Below, one piece after another: positions 13,938 to 29,860 of a stretch of 64,000 nucleotides of DNA. Both the position numbers and the translations under genes were made by a program. The notes beneath the pieces are model-generated. The model made no database searches, was not told the DNA's origin, and was given only the letters and a program-made list of their open reading frames with translations. Each line of letters starts with the position of its first letter. Position 1 is the first letter of the stretch. This DNA comes from Eledone cirrhosa (taxonomy: Eukaryota): contig OZ024740.1 in assembly GCA_964016885.1 (NCBI GenBank), positions 343,852,001 through 343,916,000 of the forward strand, written 5' to 3'.

Positions 13938-14291
13938 AACAAATATAATGTGTATATTTCCAGGTAGGGTGTGTCAAAGCATTTGCTTAGTTAAAATAGG
14001 CAGTATTCAACAACTTGGTTGCTTTATAAATATCAACACCATTTAATGTTACACGCTTGGCTGATCCGGAGAGAAGCTTGTCTTTACCTATCACGTCTAT
14101 CACAAAACTCTCAGAGAGTCGTCAACGAAATATGTGGTGTCACGGTTAACTGAACACAAAACTGCTTGACCCAAACCAATGCCCAAATAAAACTTCAACA
14201 GCAATTTCACTCCCCTCCCTCAATTTCTCTTCCACTAATTCCTTTTCCTCCTCCTACACTACTGTATTCTCTTCTTCATTTCACTGGCAGC

Positions 14292-14399
<108 letters not shown>

Positions 14400-14532
14400 T
14401 ACATACATACATACATACATACATGTATGTATATTCATCTTTTTGGACACACGTATATATATATATATATAGCAGGGCCTCAGCCGGTTGGCTGGAACAG
14501 GTAAAAGAATATAAGAGTTATATATATATATA

Positions 14533-14612
14533 TACAAAGGGTGTCCAAAAAATGTATACACATTTTGATTAGATGCTATTGAAGTGTGTATACATTTTGG
14601 GGGGACACCATA
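14533..14612. mobile_element. Tiny Tc1/mariner-type MITE
   Basis: Inverted ends GGTGTCCAAAAAATGTATACAC / GTGTATACATTTTGGGGGACACC around a short spacer, within TA tracts. Confidence 0.65.
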
Positions 14613-14959
14613 TATATTTATTGAAATATACACGGATACACACACGGACATTCCTCTATTCCTCTCATTAACTTACACGACTCTATGTAATCACGTTCTA
14701 ATGGTCTGCCCTACTGCTGGAAAACGAAGAGAAATATCCTCCAAATCGGAACATAAAATTATTTTTGTCATTGCTTACTCTGTGAACGAAAAGGCAGCGC
14801 CCACTATAGGGCCTCAGAGATTGGTGGTAGGAAGGGAGTAAGTTATACTGAAACCTGAGAGCTGGTCAGAATGAACTTCACTAAAGGCAGCCATGGACTA
14901 AATGCTGATGTTGAATATAGGCGTAATTATGTAGTTGATAATGTAATCCCAGTTACACC

Positions 14960-15420
14960 ATGCTTAGTCGGCAATATATTCCCTGGTATGAAAAAACTCC
15001 GAAGAATAACCAAAACTGAATACCTCCTATCATAGGTCTGAAATAAAGCTAACCAACATCAGCATACCCTTCACCTTAAGCCGAGACCTGAAAAAATATC
15101 CTTCAGTGGTGTAATGACAATTGAAACCCCGTCGACAATATGAAGAAGCCAATATTGTATACACTTCTCATGCACGGTGCACGACATGATACAAATGGCA
15201 AACCAATATTTCCCATATCCCACCCTACCATCGCAAATTGATAAAGAAACGTGTTGGATAGCGTAATTTATATACATGAAATAAAAACAAGACATGGTTT
15301 CGTTTATTATAGGTGCTAATGGGCTTATCAACAACAACGAAAGCAGTAGCAAGAACGTTTAAACGTGCTACAAATGGTAAGCTTTAAAGCCACAAATATA
15401 GCAATACCGAAGGTTCAATT
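14960..15420 (+). mobile_element. Degenerate PLE GIY-YIG remnant
   Basis: Fragments EANIVYT, RLNVL and LKPQI match PLE endonuclease spacing. No intact frame. Confidence 0.35.
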
Positions 15421-17296
15421 TTTTTTTCGCGAACAAATTTAGTCGTGATATTTTATAAAGCGGTCTTCAATGGAATGTTGCATACTGCTAAACGGAAATA
15501 TCCTAATATCACATCTAAAATTAGAGCATTCGGTTAATTTGTAAATATTTATTCGTCAATACGCTACAATAAATAGCACAGCTAGTCTCTCACATCTCCA
15601 TGTCTTTTTTGCTGTAAATATAATGACAGCTACTTTTTTTTAACAACTAGTAGACGCACCAATTCAAACCACTACTTGCACGGATTGACCCAGTGCACCT
15701 TGGCAACTTAGTCAAGCGTTTTCCTTTTACGTTACAAACAAATTCTGCGTTTAATACTCTATTTATACAAACACCGCAACATTTTAGGAAATAAATTCTT
15801 GAGCACAACTTTTTTCACATGGGATTCAACGATAATACCAATTGCATTGACACCCCAAGCCTTTATGCGCTCGCTCAATCGCTACAAATAGCAGATACAT
15901 TTCTCTCAAACCACACCCATTACTGTCTTAAAAATGGAACGAAGCAATAGATAAACTGAAATTGATAAAAGAAGACGGGTTGCCCATGTCCAGAAAGCCA
16001 TAGATCAACTCAAAGAACTTTGAGAGTTAAATGAGAGTAATACATCAGTTTTGGACAGCCTATATACATTACGACTACCACTCTGCCTCTGATTAGATAT
16101 ACAGTAGACACAGAAAGTGATTTTTTCTCGCTTACCCCATAACAAATACAAACACTAGTAATGCAACGATGTGGGTTATAAAAACAAACAAACAAACAAA
16201 AACAAAAAGATTGAAACCAGGATTGAACTAACATGGAAATGTTTGGAAATGAATGAGCAGCCAACATTTCCTACTACATTTCAGAGTGCCTTTGTAGATC
16301 CAAGAATATCCGAGATGCAAATGGCATACGAGGGGCTGGACTGAATACTCACGGAACATTTTAGGAGTTTTTCCATCATGATTGAGACCATTATCAACTC
16401 ACTTCTTCAAGAAGTACTGAAACTCGATTCCTCGTTTTCCCTCTCTCAACATGCCAATAAAAGTCACCGTGGTTAAATATTTTCTACGATACGCTTGGGT
16501 TTGCCAAAGCGTTCTGAGAGGGGTAAATATATAAATACAGTTGTATGCGACTTTGTATCTTCTTTAATTGAGATGTACGCACCTTTATATATACACATAT
16601 ACTCATCCCTAAATGCCGTACGAATGCCTGGTCTCGTATAGCTGTACCTGCTTATCTCTAAGTAATTGTAGTTAGGTGGACGCTTTGTATCTCCTTCGCG
16701 TATGCTATGTGGCACTTGCTTTTCAGTGAGGTACATGTATGTATGTAAGTATGTATGTATGTATGTATGTATGTATGTATGTATGTATGTATGTATGTAT
16801 GTATGTGTGTGTATGCGTTTGCGTGTTGTTTTTCCTTCTCTTTAATTTGAATATCTGAAAGCACACCACTCTTTTCTATATACAACGTCAACAGGAGAGC
16901 GCACACACATATATGTATGTAAGTATATATTGCCCACTTTTCTTTTTTATTTCATCAAGTTTCTATTCACCATTCAATATAACGACCCACAATATGGTTG
17001 AGAAAGACGAGGTAAATTTGGGCTATACTAGACGGACACTTTAATGCGAAGTATTTCAGCGATATAAGTAAGTCTACACCTACTTCTTTGTTTCCTTCCT
17101 GACAGGTAAGGAAAGATATTCAAATGATGTTCCTCCCATTGTCCAAATCTCTTACCGTCTCCTCAATTCACTATTTGTTGTGCTTCTTTTAGTCTAGCTT
17201 GTCACACTCCTTGAAACCACTTATCATTCTCAGACCTAAATGAAATTTGTGGAGTTTTTTTTCTCATTGAATTCATCTTCATTCTCTTTTGTCCCA

Positions 17297-17372
<76 letters not shown>

Positions 17373-17685
17373 CTATTTCGCTAGCTGTATATATATAGCT
17401 ACCTATTTCGCTATCTACGAACCTACCTCCCTGGCTACCTACATACCAGTCTATCAGTCTATCTATCTACCAGCCTCTCTCTCTCTGTCTGTCTCTCTCC
17501 ATCTTTCTCTCTAGCTCTCTCTCTCTCTATTTCTCTCTCTCTCTCTCTGTATGTGTCAGTCCGACTGTCTCTCTTTCCCTATATATATATACATATGCAA
17601 CCGCACAGATGTATACTCTTGTTTTAACTAAGTAAATTCTAATATACATACGTATATAAACACACACACACACACATATGTATGA

Positions 17686-17761
<76 letters not shown>

Positions 17762-18239
17762 TATCCAGCGCCATAATAAATCAAATGAAAAAGATATATA
17801 TATAGAGAGAGAAAGAACCATATATCGGATAGGAAACACAGTATATTGTATATATACGAAATACATATTCCAGAGAATATTTACTGAGGTGGAAATATTA
17901 GACATACCTTATAGCGCTATTTCATATTCTGTAGAGTGTAGCTTAAAATCAATTGATGTAATCGATCATCGAATAAATCAATCAATATAATCGATCATCG
18001 TAGACATACTATCGATTGTAATTAAACCACAGGAGAGTCACAATACTCATCAGAGGTTATAGTCTCGACATTTTAAGAGGAATATAGAATCAAAATAGTA
18101 TATAAGACAATATACTTGCCAAAACCCATAGAGACGTCCTACAACCACCATGAGTTAATATTCTTATGTGGAATATGTATTTGGTATATATACAACATAC
18201 TGTGTTTTCTATACGATATATGGTTCTTTCTCTCTCTTT

Positions 18240-18657
18240 CGTTTTTTCCGTTCATTTCCAGAGAACGTCTCTATGAATCACCTAATAGAATATTAGTCTG
18301 CGACTTCTTTTATACCATAAACGTGGTTTTGTCTTTGCGTGTAATTGTTTTTCACCGCTCCAAATAATGACGTATTATATTCGGTTTTTCCCGTTCTTTG
18401 CCAAGGAACGTTTCCACGAACCAAAGTATCGTCTTCCTGTCTTCCTCCGGTTGCAACGTTTTTTGAAATATTCACTTCCGCGTTCACAGATTGACTTTGT
18501 TAGTTTCAGAAGATCCCGTTAAGGGTGAAAGCAGCGATTCTTTGTTTAAAGTTTAATCTGTTATTTTAATAAATATTTGCTCTACGGTATATTTAATATA
18601 TATTTATCCTTATCGAGCCCTCTTTGAATTTTAGTCTTCAAATTTATTATTATTACT
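18240..18657 (+). mobile_element. Repeat family B with variant HHR-like motif
   Basis: Copies at 21528-21965 (-), 22372-22775 (+) and 32237-32440 (+). All carry CAGAAGA-TCCC gttaa GG..-GAAA-GC (CAAA in the minus copy). Confidence 0.8.
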
Positions 18658-18708
18658 ATACACACACACACACACATACACATATACGCATATATATATA
18701 TATATAAT

Positions 18709-18742
<34 letters not shown>

Positions 18743-18744
18743 AT

Positions 18745-19520
<776 letters not shown>

Positions 19521-19537
19521 TATATATATATAAAAAA

Positions 19538-19864
<327 letters not shown>

Positions 19865-19974
19865 CGTGTGTGTGTGTATGTGTGTGTGTGTGTGTGTGTG
19901 CGTGTGTGTGCGTGCGTGTGTGTGCGTGCGTGCGTGTGTAAAAGGTAAATAGTAATAACAACACAATCGATACA

Positions 19975-20030
<56 letters not shown>

Positions 20031-20487
20031 TATATATATATTTATATATACATTATAAATATATATTTATATATACATTATAAATATATATTTATATAAA
20101 CATTATATTTATGTATATATATATATAATGTATAATAAACAATACAATATAATTACCTCATTAGCAGAGGTTTCCCGAATAAGACGAATACAAGAAACGT
20201 CCTCATTCGTTCGCCAGACAAGTCAATTTAAAACATAGTGAAATATTTGAAAAATCTCCTCAATTTTTGTGAAAATCAGTCATATGGAACTATTGTCATC
20301 TTGCCTGACGGTTTGAACTTTACAACACCACCTGCCTCTTTGAGGCCAAATGCAAACCCTACTAGCATCTACAAACTGACCAATTCCTGCTGACAACAAT
20401 AAATTATTGCTAACAAGCTCATATGTCCCAAGGCTCTGATACTATCAACACCATAAACACAGAGCTGGCATATCTAAGAACTGACTA

Positions 20488-20677
<190 letters not shown>

Positions 20678-20680
20678 CCA

Positions 20681-20861
20681 CGGCGGTGGATTGGCAGTAT
20701 CGGTAGAGGGTCGGGCGCCATGCTTTGACGCGTAGAGTTACGGACCTTGCCATTTGGAGTTCAAATCCCGCCGAGATTAACTTTGCCTTTCATCCTAACG
20801 GGGTCGATAAAGAAAAGTACCAGTAATGCATTAGTGACCTTGTGCCAAAAGTAGAAACAAT

Positions 20862-20864
<3 letters not shown>
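20681..20864 (+). mobile_element. SINE family 1
   Basis: Full A/B boxes and body, lying between microsatellites. Confidence 0.9.
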
Positions 20865-20894
<30 letters not shown>

Positions 20895-21211
20895 TACATA
20901 TATTATATATATATAATATATATATATATGTGTATATATATATATAGAGAGAAAAGGATGAAATCGAAAATGCAACTGGAGTCTTATTTTTAAATAAATA
21001 TATATATTTAAAAAAAAATAAGACTCCAGTTGCATTTTCGATTTCATCTTATTTTCTTTATACTTTCATTCGTGTAGGATACCTCGGTTATTTTTCATTT
21101 TGTAAAAAAAAAACTCACTTTCTAATATATATATATACAAAAAAATAAATATATAGACAGACTGAATAAAAAAAAATGGCGTAGACATACAACACAACAG
21201 GAGGAAAATAT

Positions 21212-21275
21212 AACACCACTGAGGATGTTGCAGATGTGCAACGAAAGATTTATGTAAATTATGTAAACTATATAT
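21212..21275 (+). ncRNA. Hammerhead-like motif, probably decayed
   Basis: CTGAGGA-t-GTTGCA gatg TGCAAC-GAAA has a perfect stem II. Stems I and III are only partly reconstructable. Confidence 0.5.
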
Positions 21276-21456
21276 ATGTGTTTGGGTCTATATTGTATCT
21301 GTATTATTTTTGACCGTCGGTCAGTCAATGGCAACATTGAGGACCGAGTAAGCTAGATTACAGATATAAAAGACAGCGAGAAGCGAAAACCAACCAAACA
21401 GTGAGTGTGTTCTGTTATTAATTCTGGCAATATTACAAAAATATGACCCTCCCCAA

Positions 21457-21525
<69 letters not shown>

Positions 21526-21527
21526 AT

Positions 21528-21965
21528 CTTTATTAAAATAACAGATTAAAGTTTAAGCAAAGAATCGTTGCTTTGACCCTTAACGGGATCTTCTGAAACT
21601 AACAAAGTCAATCTGTGAACGGAGAAGTAAATATTTCAAAAAACGTCGCAGCCGAAGGAAGACAGGAAGACGATACTTTGGTTCGTGGAAACGTTCCCTG
21701 GCAAAGAACAGAAAAAAAACGAAGGTAATATGTCATTATTTGGAACGGTGAAAACAATTACACGCAAAGACAAAATCACGTTTATGGTATAAATGAAGTC
21801 GTAGACTAATATTCTATTAGGTGGTTCATGGCGACGTTCTCTGGCAATGAACGGAAAAAATGAAGATAATACGATACGTCATTATGTGGAGCGGAGAGAA
21901 CAATTACACGCAAAGACAAAACCACGTAAACGGTATAAATTATGTCGTAGACTAAAATTCTATTT
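21528..21965 (-). mobile_element. Repeat family B copy
   Basis: Reverse complement of 18240-18570, with a partial internal duplication at 21870-21965. Confidence 0.8.
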
Positions 21966-22371
21966 AGGAAACCGGATGATTCTCGGCTTCAGAGTTAAGA
22001 ATGAAGTAAACAAAATACAGAGGTAATTGAAATAAAAATATACATACACGCATCTATATACGTACATACACAAGCATACGCGAAAACACTCGCCATGGTT
22101 ATATTAAATACAAGCACGCACGCACCCCCCCCCCCCAAAAAAAAAGAAAACCGGCACGCGCATACGGGACCCACGCAACGCCTGTACCCGCATACATACG
22201 AACGTATACACCAAATACACATAAAAATATATATAAAAAATATAATATAGGTTAGTTTTCTAAATATTATATATATATATATGTGCGTGTGCGTGTATAC
22301 ATAATTAAATAAACGTATATAAATATACACACATAAATGTGTATATAACGTGCGCACACATACCTACATGT

Positions 22372-22770
22372 TCAACGTCTCCATGAACCACCTAATAGAT
22401 TATTAATCTACGACTTCATTTATACCATAAACGTGGTTTTGTCTGCGTGTAATTGTGTTCACCGCACCAAATAATGACGTATTATCTTCGCTTTTTTCCC
22501 GTTCTTTGCCAGGGAACGTTTCCACGAACCAAAGTATCGTCTACTTGTCTTCCTTCGGTTGCAACGTTTTTTGAAATATTTACTTCTGCGTTCACAGATT
22601 GACCTTTTTAGTTTCAGAAGATCCCGTTAAGGGTGAAAGCAGCCATTCTTTGCTTAAACTTTAATCTGTTATTTTAATAAATATTTGCTCTACGATCCTT
22701 ATATATCTGATATATATTTATCCTTATCGAACCCTCTTTGGATTTTAGTCTTCAAATTTATTATTATTAC

Positions 22771-22775
<5 letters not shown>
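22372..22775 (+). mobile_element. Repeat family B copy
   Basis: Direct similarity to 18263-18657; ends in a TA tract. Confidence 0.85.
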
Positions 22776-22844
<69 letters not shown>

Positions 22845-22963
22845 GTATATATATATATATGTGTGTATATATGTATATATATATATATGTATGTATATAT
22901 CTATATATTATATATATATGTATGTATATATTATATATATATGTATGTATATATTATATATAT

Positions 22964-23014
<51 letters not shown>

Positions 23015-23029
23015 TAGATAAATATACAC

Positions 23030-23935
23030 GGGTGTGTATGATTGTGTATAGAAGATTGATTATATTAATAAGAGGAATTCCAACTTTGTCTGATTTACTC
23101 GTTTTATTTACAATCCTTTAAAATTTATAATGGTATTATAATGAAATAGTATGATAGAATATTAAATGTTAAGTGTTAATTGAACAAGTACTTTCATGCT
23201 TTCGCAATCTTCAGGTTCATAATGTGTGGTGACAGTCAAGTTTGCAATTTTCAACTGTAATGAGATGGGTAAATTTTGTACCTTATATACAGTGAAAAGT
23301 GGCTCCAGAATGCTAAATCTTGCAAACTGTATTTCGACCAATCAGTGTGTAGTTTCACTGAATTACTAAAGCTGATTAGTTTAGTCGTCACGGTTGGTTG
23401 AGCATGTCTAACGACCACTAATTGATCCTATCCAAAGCATCAATTGTTTTGCTATTTTTAGAAATGATGCAAATAGCATTTTCTATTAATCATCACCATC
23501 AACATCACTTTTATTATTATTATTATTGTTGTTGTTGTTATTAGTGGTCGTAGTCGACATGGTCGTAGTCATAGTCATAGTAGAATTAATACCCCTAAGC
23601 ATTATTATTGTTCATTTAGCTTGGCTTTGAATTTATTAATAAAATTCTTTTCTTTGATTTTTCTCTTGATTTCACTTGGGCTGTGTAATTTGTAGAATGG
23701 GAATATTATAAATATTCCCTGACCCCATGTTGCTAGATGGTTACTTAGGGGTATCTGACGGACATTTGGGTCTCTGATTTGCTGACAGTGTACCCGTGCA
23801 CGTTCTGATGGTGCATTTCCAGTTTGACCGACATATAGTTCTTCACAATTCGGGCATTTAATGCAGTAAATTAGATTTCTGCTTTTGTAGTTCATATTTG
23901 CATTTGGGAATATTTTTCCAGTTTTTGCTTTCATA
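23030..23935 (-). mobile_element. 5'-truncated PLE: GIY-YIG endonuclease end + 3' region with HHR
   Basis: 23605-23935 translates as [20 protein letters not shown]...RARVH...[14 protein letters not shown]. The 5' junction lies in a TA tract. Confidence 0.88.
23181..23219 (-). ncRNA. Minimal type I hammerhead ribozyme
   Basis: TGAAC-CTGAAGA-tTGC gaaa GCAt-GAAA-GTAC-TT-GTTCA. Perfect 5-bp stem I and palindromic stem III, downstream of the GIY-YIG ORF on the same strand. Confidence 0.85.
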
Positions 23936-23983
23936 TGTATATATATATATGTATATGTATGTATATATATATGTATATATATG

Positions 23984-24068
<85 letters not shown>

Positions 24069-24094
24069 TTACATATACATACATATATATATAT

Positions 24095-24292
24095 GTATAT
24101 ATATGTAAGTATGTATGTATGTATACGTATATAGATATATGTATACAGGCGTACAGTAGTATGTATATATACATACTGTACGTCTGTATACATATATGTA
24201 TGTACGTATACATACATACATACATACTTACATTTTAGTAAGTGCCGTACTAAGAGTGAGAAATGAAATTTCGTTTCATTCTATTCCATTTA
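24095..24292 (+). mobile_element. Family A 3' fragment with 5' inverted arm
   Basis: Ends GCCGTACTAAGAGTGAGAAATGAAATTTC. 24105-24230 is an imperfect palindrome. Confidence 0.7.
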
Positions 24293-24889
24293 TGTATATA
24301 TATACATGCATGCTTACTGAAGAATTTTGTTTTAGCAAAATTACGATATGAGCACGAGTTCGTGGGTGAAATTAATATTTTCATTTAATAATTTATTTTT
24401 TGCTTGCGATGCTTACATTTATTATAGTATAAATTTGTACACCTATATATCATTTTGGATACATGGTATACAAAATATAGTTTTTAGCCTACATACTATT
24501 TTTGTGTATATTGTGTGTTTCCCATGAAATGCTCTGCAGAAAGCGGCGATTCGTGAAAAATGAAGGCATACCGCTATACACATTCACTCTTCCTTTCTAC
24601 ATTATATCGCATTTTTTCAAGTTTTTCTTATTATTCGCATAGAGACATATTTGCAAAATCTCGTTCGGTCATTTGTATGCCTATTCGCCTAAAGGTTGTG
24701 GATCTGCAAGTTTTGTTAACACATAAAAGCAATAGTTGCAAATGTATTTTCGTGTGTACGAATCATTGATGACAAAGTGAGTGCGCAGGTGAATTTCAGG
24801 ACTAACAAGTGTCAGCACGTAGCCATAATGTGGAATATTTAAACTCTACTTCGATATTGAGTACACTTTCTCCCGTCCATCAATATCCC

Positions 24890-24927
<38 letters not shown>

Positions 24928-25206
24928 GTACACATATACACCCACGTACATACTATACATTCCGAAAAAAGTCGTTTGGAGTGCACTGGAGCACCGTGAA
25001 ATGAAGTATTATACTGAAGTACAGAATGCACCTCTCGGTTCAACTTCGAACTCACGACACTACGACCGTAAGTCCCACATTACTAACTACAAAGCCACAC
25101 ACCCATATACACGCATATATATATATATATATATATAATATAATATATGTGTGTGTGTGTGTATGTCTGTATGTATATATATATATATATACATACATTT
25201 ATATAG

Positions 25207-25395
25207 AAAAAGGATCGATCGACTTTCGTCAAATCGGACCGAGGAAACAATGTTTTCGTCGGTCTTTCCAGTTGCTAGTACTATCTATCTGTCGCAACTC
25301 CAGGTATAAGGAGCAACGTAAAATAAAGTGTCTTGCTCAAGGACATAACGTATTGCCCGGTCCAGGAATCGAACTCACAGCCTCAAGATTGTTAA
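25207..25395 (-). mobile_element. SINE family 2
   Basis: Close similarity to 19538-19720. Confidence 0.85.
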
Positions 25396-25411
25396 TTCAA
25401 TTCTCTCTCTC

Positions 25412-25486
<75 letters not shown>

Positions 25487-25536
25487 TATATACATACTGC
25501 CCCACAGGCACAAACACGTACACACGCGCGTTCACA

Positions 25537-25653
<117 letters not shown>

Positions 25654-26222
25654 ACGTGTCTGTGATTGTTTAGTGTATGTGTTTTAATAGCAATAAGTCA
25701 TTTTCTGTTACCTCAATTGCATATACACACGTACACGTGCGCATACTTTCGCACACACCCATCCCACCTCGCTTGACGGGATCACACCATCCTACGTTCA
25801 TATAAATGCAGACACATCACAAGCCTACTGAAGCAATCGAAGATCTTTTCACCGGAGCCAGCTTTTATTTCAAGAGGTTATTTCACAAATCATAAAACTA
25901 GAAGAGAGGACCACAGTAAAGAATTTATATCCCGCTATTTCTATTGAAGTCCAAAAGACGGGATTGCATTTCAGAATGGCTTAAAGCCTTGTTTCAAGTC
26001 ATTAGAATATTCTAGATATTCGAATATGATCTTGGGTCAATTGTTAGGGCACCTGACTCATACATTTGATACGTTTATGACCAATGCACACACCCAAGCG
26101 CGTGCTAAAACAGGCGTACACACAGACACACACGTTTATGCACACATATACACACACAAATATACATCTCTCGTTCTCTCTATACACAGATATAAATATA
26201 TATGCATTTATGTACACTATAT

Positions 26223-26288
<66 letters not shown>

Positions 26289-26954
26289 TTGTGTGTTTGT
26301 GTGGGTGTGGGTGGTAGGAGTTTGTTGTGCAAGTGCATCTGTGGGTGTGTGTGTGCGTAACATAAAACACACTCACACGTACACACTGACACACATGCAT
26401 ATATGTATACATTTATGTTTATATGTGTATATGTGCGTGTTAGTCTTTTTGTTTAATGAAATCATATGCGATATTATTAGATATATCTTGACTAGTTCTG
26501 GAAGTATATGTAAGTATGGAACTATAACATCCGATGACGTCGTAGGAGTGCCGTCGTGTCATACGTTTTGTCTTTGACATTTTCAACCTTGTCGAGCCCA
26601 TCCCTGTACATGTGCGACCCACCAATTTTTCAGCGATAAAGAGAGAGGTAGAGAGATAGAAAGGGGGAGTGAGTTTTAGCGAGAGAGAGAGAGAGTGAGA
26701 GAGAGGTGTGTGTGGGGGAACCGTAACGAATGCCGTTAAATATACATCCAACGTCATAGTGACATTGTCAATTCGCCGCCTATTCTGAAAGCAGAACATG
26801 TGGAAAAGATTATTGGACCTTTATATATATATACATATACATATATATAAATAATACACACACACACACACACACATTCACACACACACACACACACACG
26901 CACACACACACACACACACACACACCCACTGACACATTCACACACACACACACT

Positions 26955-27036
<82 letters not shown>

Positions 27037-28169
27037 CATATCTCTACTCAACACATTAATATGCACACACTATTGGATGACCGTTGAATATGATGAGTTC
27101 CCCCATCCTTCAACGAGTTTAGTTTTTCATCCTGCAGAGTCTCTGCTGGGTGAAGTTGCGGGTTTAGTCACCGCAGACCTGTTCAAGTGTCCAAGAAGCT
27201 GCTTGGCGTCGTGGTTGGGATTTTACATCCCCCCCTCTCTATACACACACACACACATATATATGTATAAGCACATTACAGGTGCACTGTCTTGCTAAAT
27301 ATAATTACATAATACGTACATATGAATGTATATTGTAGAAAGAATTAATTATTTATCATAGGGCGTTTGACAAACTATATCTCGATATTTAAAGTGTCAT
27401 GCTGTTTTCTATTTGTGGGAGTAATTTAAGCATAATATTTTGAGCGACTTGTAGAAGTGTATCTGATTTCATAAGATTCAAATGATATGAGATGAGACAT
27501 GTCAATTGAGTAAAATATGCTTCGCTGATGAGGTCTTTAAAGATCAACATGTCCTGAAAATTCACCAGTTTTCTTTAAATATCAGATACAATCCAATGTT
27601 GCCTTTTCCAAATTATCCAAAATTGTCTGGGCAGATGGAAAGCCATGGATCGCTATCACAGTCATTTTGATGCAGTCTTTCATTGTCTTATATTCTAGTC
27701 TAGTTCTAGCTATTATGGTTTTCCCTTTCCTCTATCCAGTTTAGAAAATACTTCTAATTAAGATGGAAGATCAATAGAAAAATGTTAAATACCTCTTCGC
27801 TCCTAGGAAAACGTAGTCTAATGGTTAGCGTGATAGATTAATTACACTAATTTCATGGGTTCGTTTCTTGAACTGGGTGGCGTAGTCTTATCTTGATCAA
27901 GATGCCTCAGTATGTAGCTTTTATGAAATGACTGAGACTCCTATCATTTAAACACACAAGATACCTCCTATGAGATGCAACTTCGCTGCAGGCGAGCTTA
28001 AGCTGCATAGCTTTCAACTGTAAATTTTAATTTCAATCAAATTTACTTGAAATTCACTGCATAATGCTTGTTAATACATACCACCGCTAATACTCTAAAT
28101 TTACATATTTAGTGGATTGTAGACTCATGGATTATAAATGGTAAATGGTATCAAAATTATTTTCATATA

Positions 28170-28860
28170 AAGGATCGACATGCGCAGTCGGGTAGAAGTG
28201 GTGTTACGATTGGCAAGTGTTGAATCAGTCGGTTAGAATTTGAAGACGGCATTGTATTACTTAACTCGACAGAAGATGATCTCCGACCTGCACTTGATAA
28301 GTTTGTTGCCGAGTGCTGCATGGCTGGAATGAAAATCATTGCCGCGAAAACTGAGACACCTCTCAAGAAACCTGCGCAGTGCACTCTAAATGTGAATGGA
28401 GTTCCGCTGAAGCAGGTGATGAAGTTCAAATATCTTGGGGCCGTGTTCACAAGTGATGGAACGCAGAAGGTTGAATTACGCGCAAGGATCACAGGATCTG
28501 GTGTAGTAATGCGACAGCTTCACTATTCAGTAATTAAAGCCATATTTCCTTCAGTTTAGTATTCGTGCCAATTCTTACCTATGGTCATGAATCTTGGGCA
28601 CTGGCTGAAAGAATACGATCGTGAATACAAACGGTTGAAATGAGGTTCCCCCAAAAGGTGTTTGGAGTAACGTTACTCAATAGAGTGTGTAGCTCAGAGA
28701 TCAGAGATTTGCTCCAGGTAGAGCCGCTACGTGTCGGAATTTACAGGTCAGAGCTCTGATACTACGGCCATGTATTTAGAATGTCTCAGGAAAGAATCAC
28801 TGGTTATATTTTACGAGCAAAACCAACATCCATGATCTTAGCTGGTTTCGCTTGGGAATC
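28170..28860 (+). mobile_element. Decayed RTE-clade LINE fragment (RT C-terminal part)
   Basis: AGMKIIAAKTE, VPLKQVMKFKYLGAVFTSDG, PILTYGHESW and YGHVFRM. Stops and frameshifts. Confidence 0.85.
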
Positions 28861-29613
28861 CAGATGCATCAGGTGGAGACGTTGCTTCTGACAGGACCTA
28901 TTGGAAAGACTATTTGAGGACTCTCCCCCAATGACCCTCTGAGGAATAAGTGAGCGAAGATGAAGAAAATGCCGAAAGTATTTCGAAAAGTGAAAAAAAA
29001 AAAAAAATGTGTGGAGCAACTAAATACCTTTATGCATGTAATTCTCTAATACATGAACATTATATATCTTATTTTCATGCTTTTTATCTATTAGACTGAA
29101 GCTGACATGGTGCAACATTCTAGAATATAGATGATTACATAATTCGCTGCAAAAATTTTATCGAGTAATTTTTTGTTGTGGAAGGTACAGTGCATCAGTG
29201 TAGGATTGAACTCAGTAGGTAAAGTTACGAATTGAGACAACGCAAAATATTTTTTCCTAGGCTCTACCAATTCTGCCTGTAGCTCACTGATTAGTTTTCC
29301 CATTTTGTCACGTTCTTAAAGGTGCCTAGAAAATATTGATAGAAGCACGAAGTTCGTGTATAAACTGAATAAAAGCTTAACTAATTTCACACATGCACAC
29401 CCACATACACATGAATATCTCACTTACTCTCTCCTTTTCTTTTTATCTGTCCCTCTTTCTACCTCTCTCTCTTTGTTCTTTCTCTCTTTCGCTTTATATA
29501 TATATGCATATATGTATGTGTGTGTACGTGTGCTTTTGTGTCTGTGGAATCAAGTATAGATGTACCAAAATAGGTATATACTTACAAGGGTGCATCAGCT
29601 TTTCCATGTGGAT

Positions 29614-29676
<63 letters not shown>

Positions 29677-29825
29677 GATAGATAGATAGATAGCTCTATC
29701 TCTCTCTCTCTCTTTCTCTCTTTCTCTCTCGCTTTATCTATCTAGCAATATATCTGTATATATATATTTAATATATACATATGAATACATACACGCACGT
29801 ACACACACACACACACACACACATG

Positions 29826-29860
<35 letters not shown>

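Noticed and set aside
17995-18060. Minus-strand CTGATGA with a partial stem II
   Set aside because: GAAA is replaced by GATA and stem I cannot close, so it is too decayed to call.
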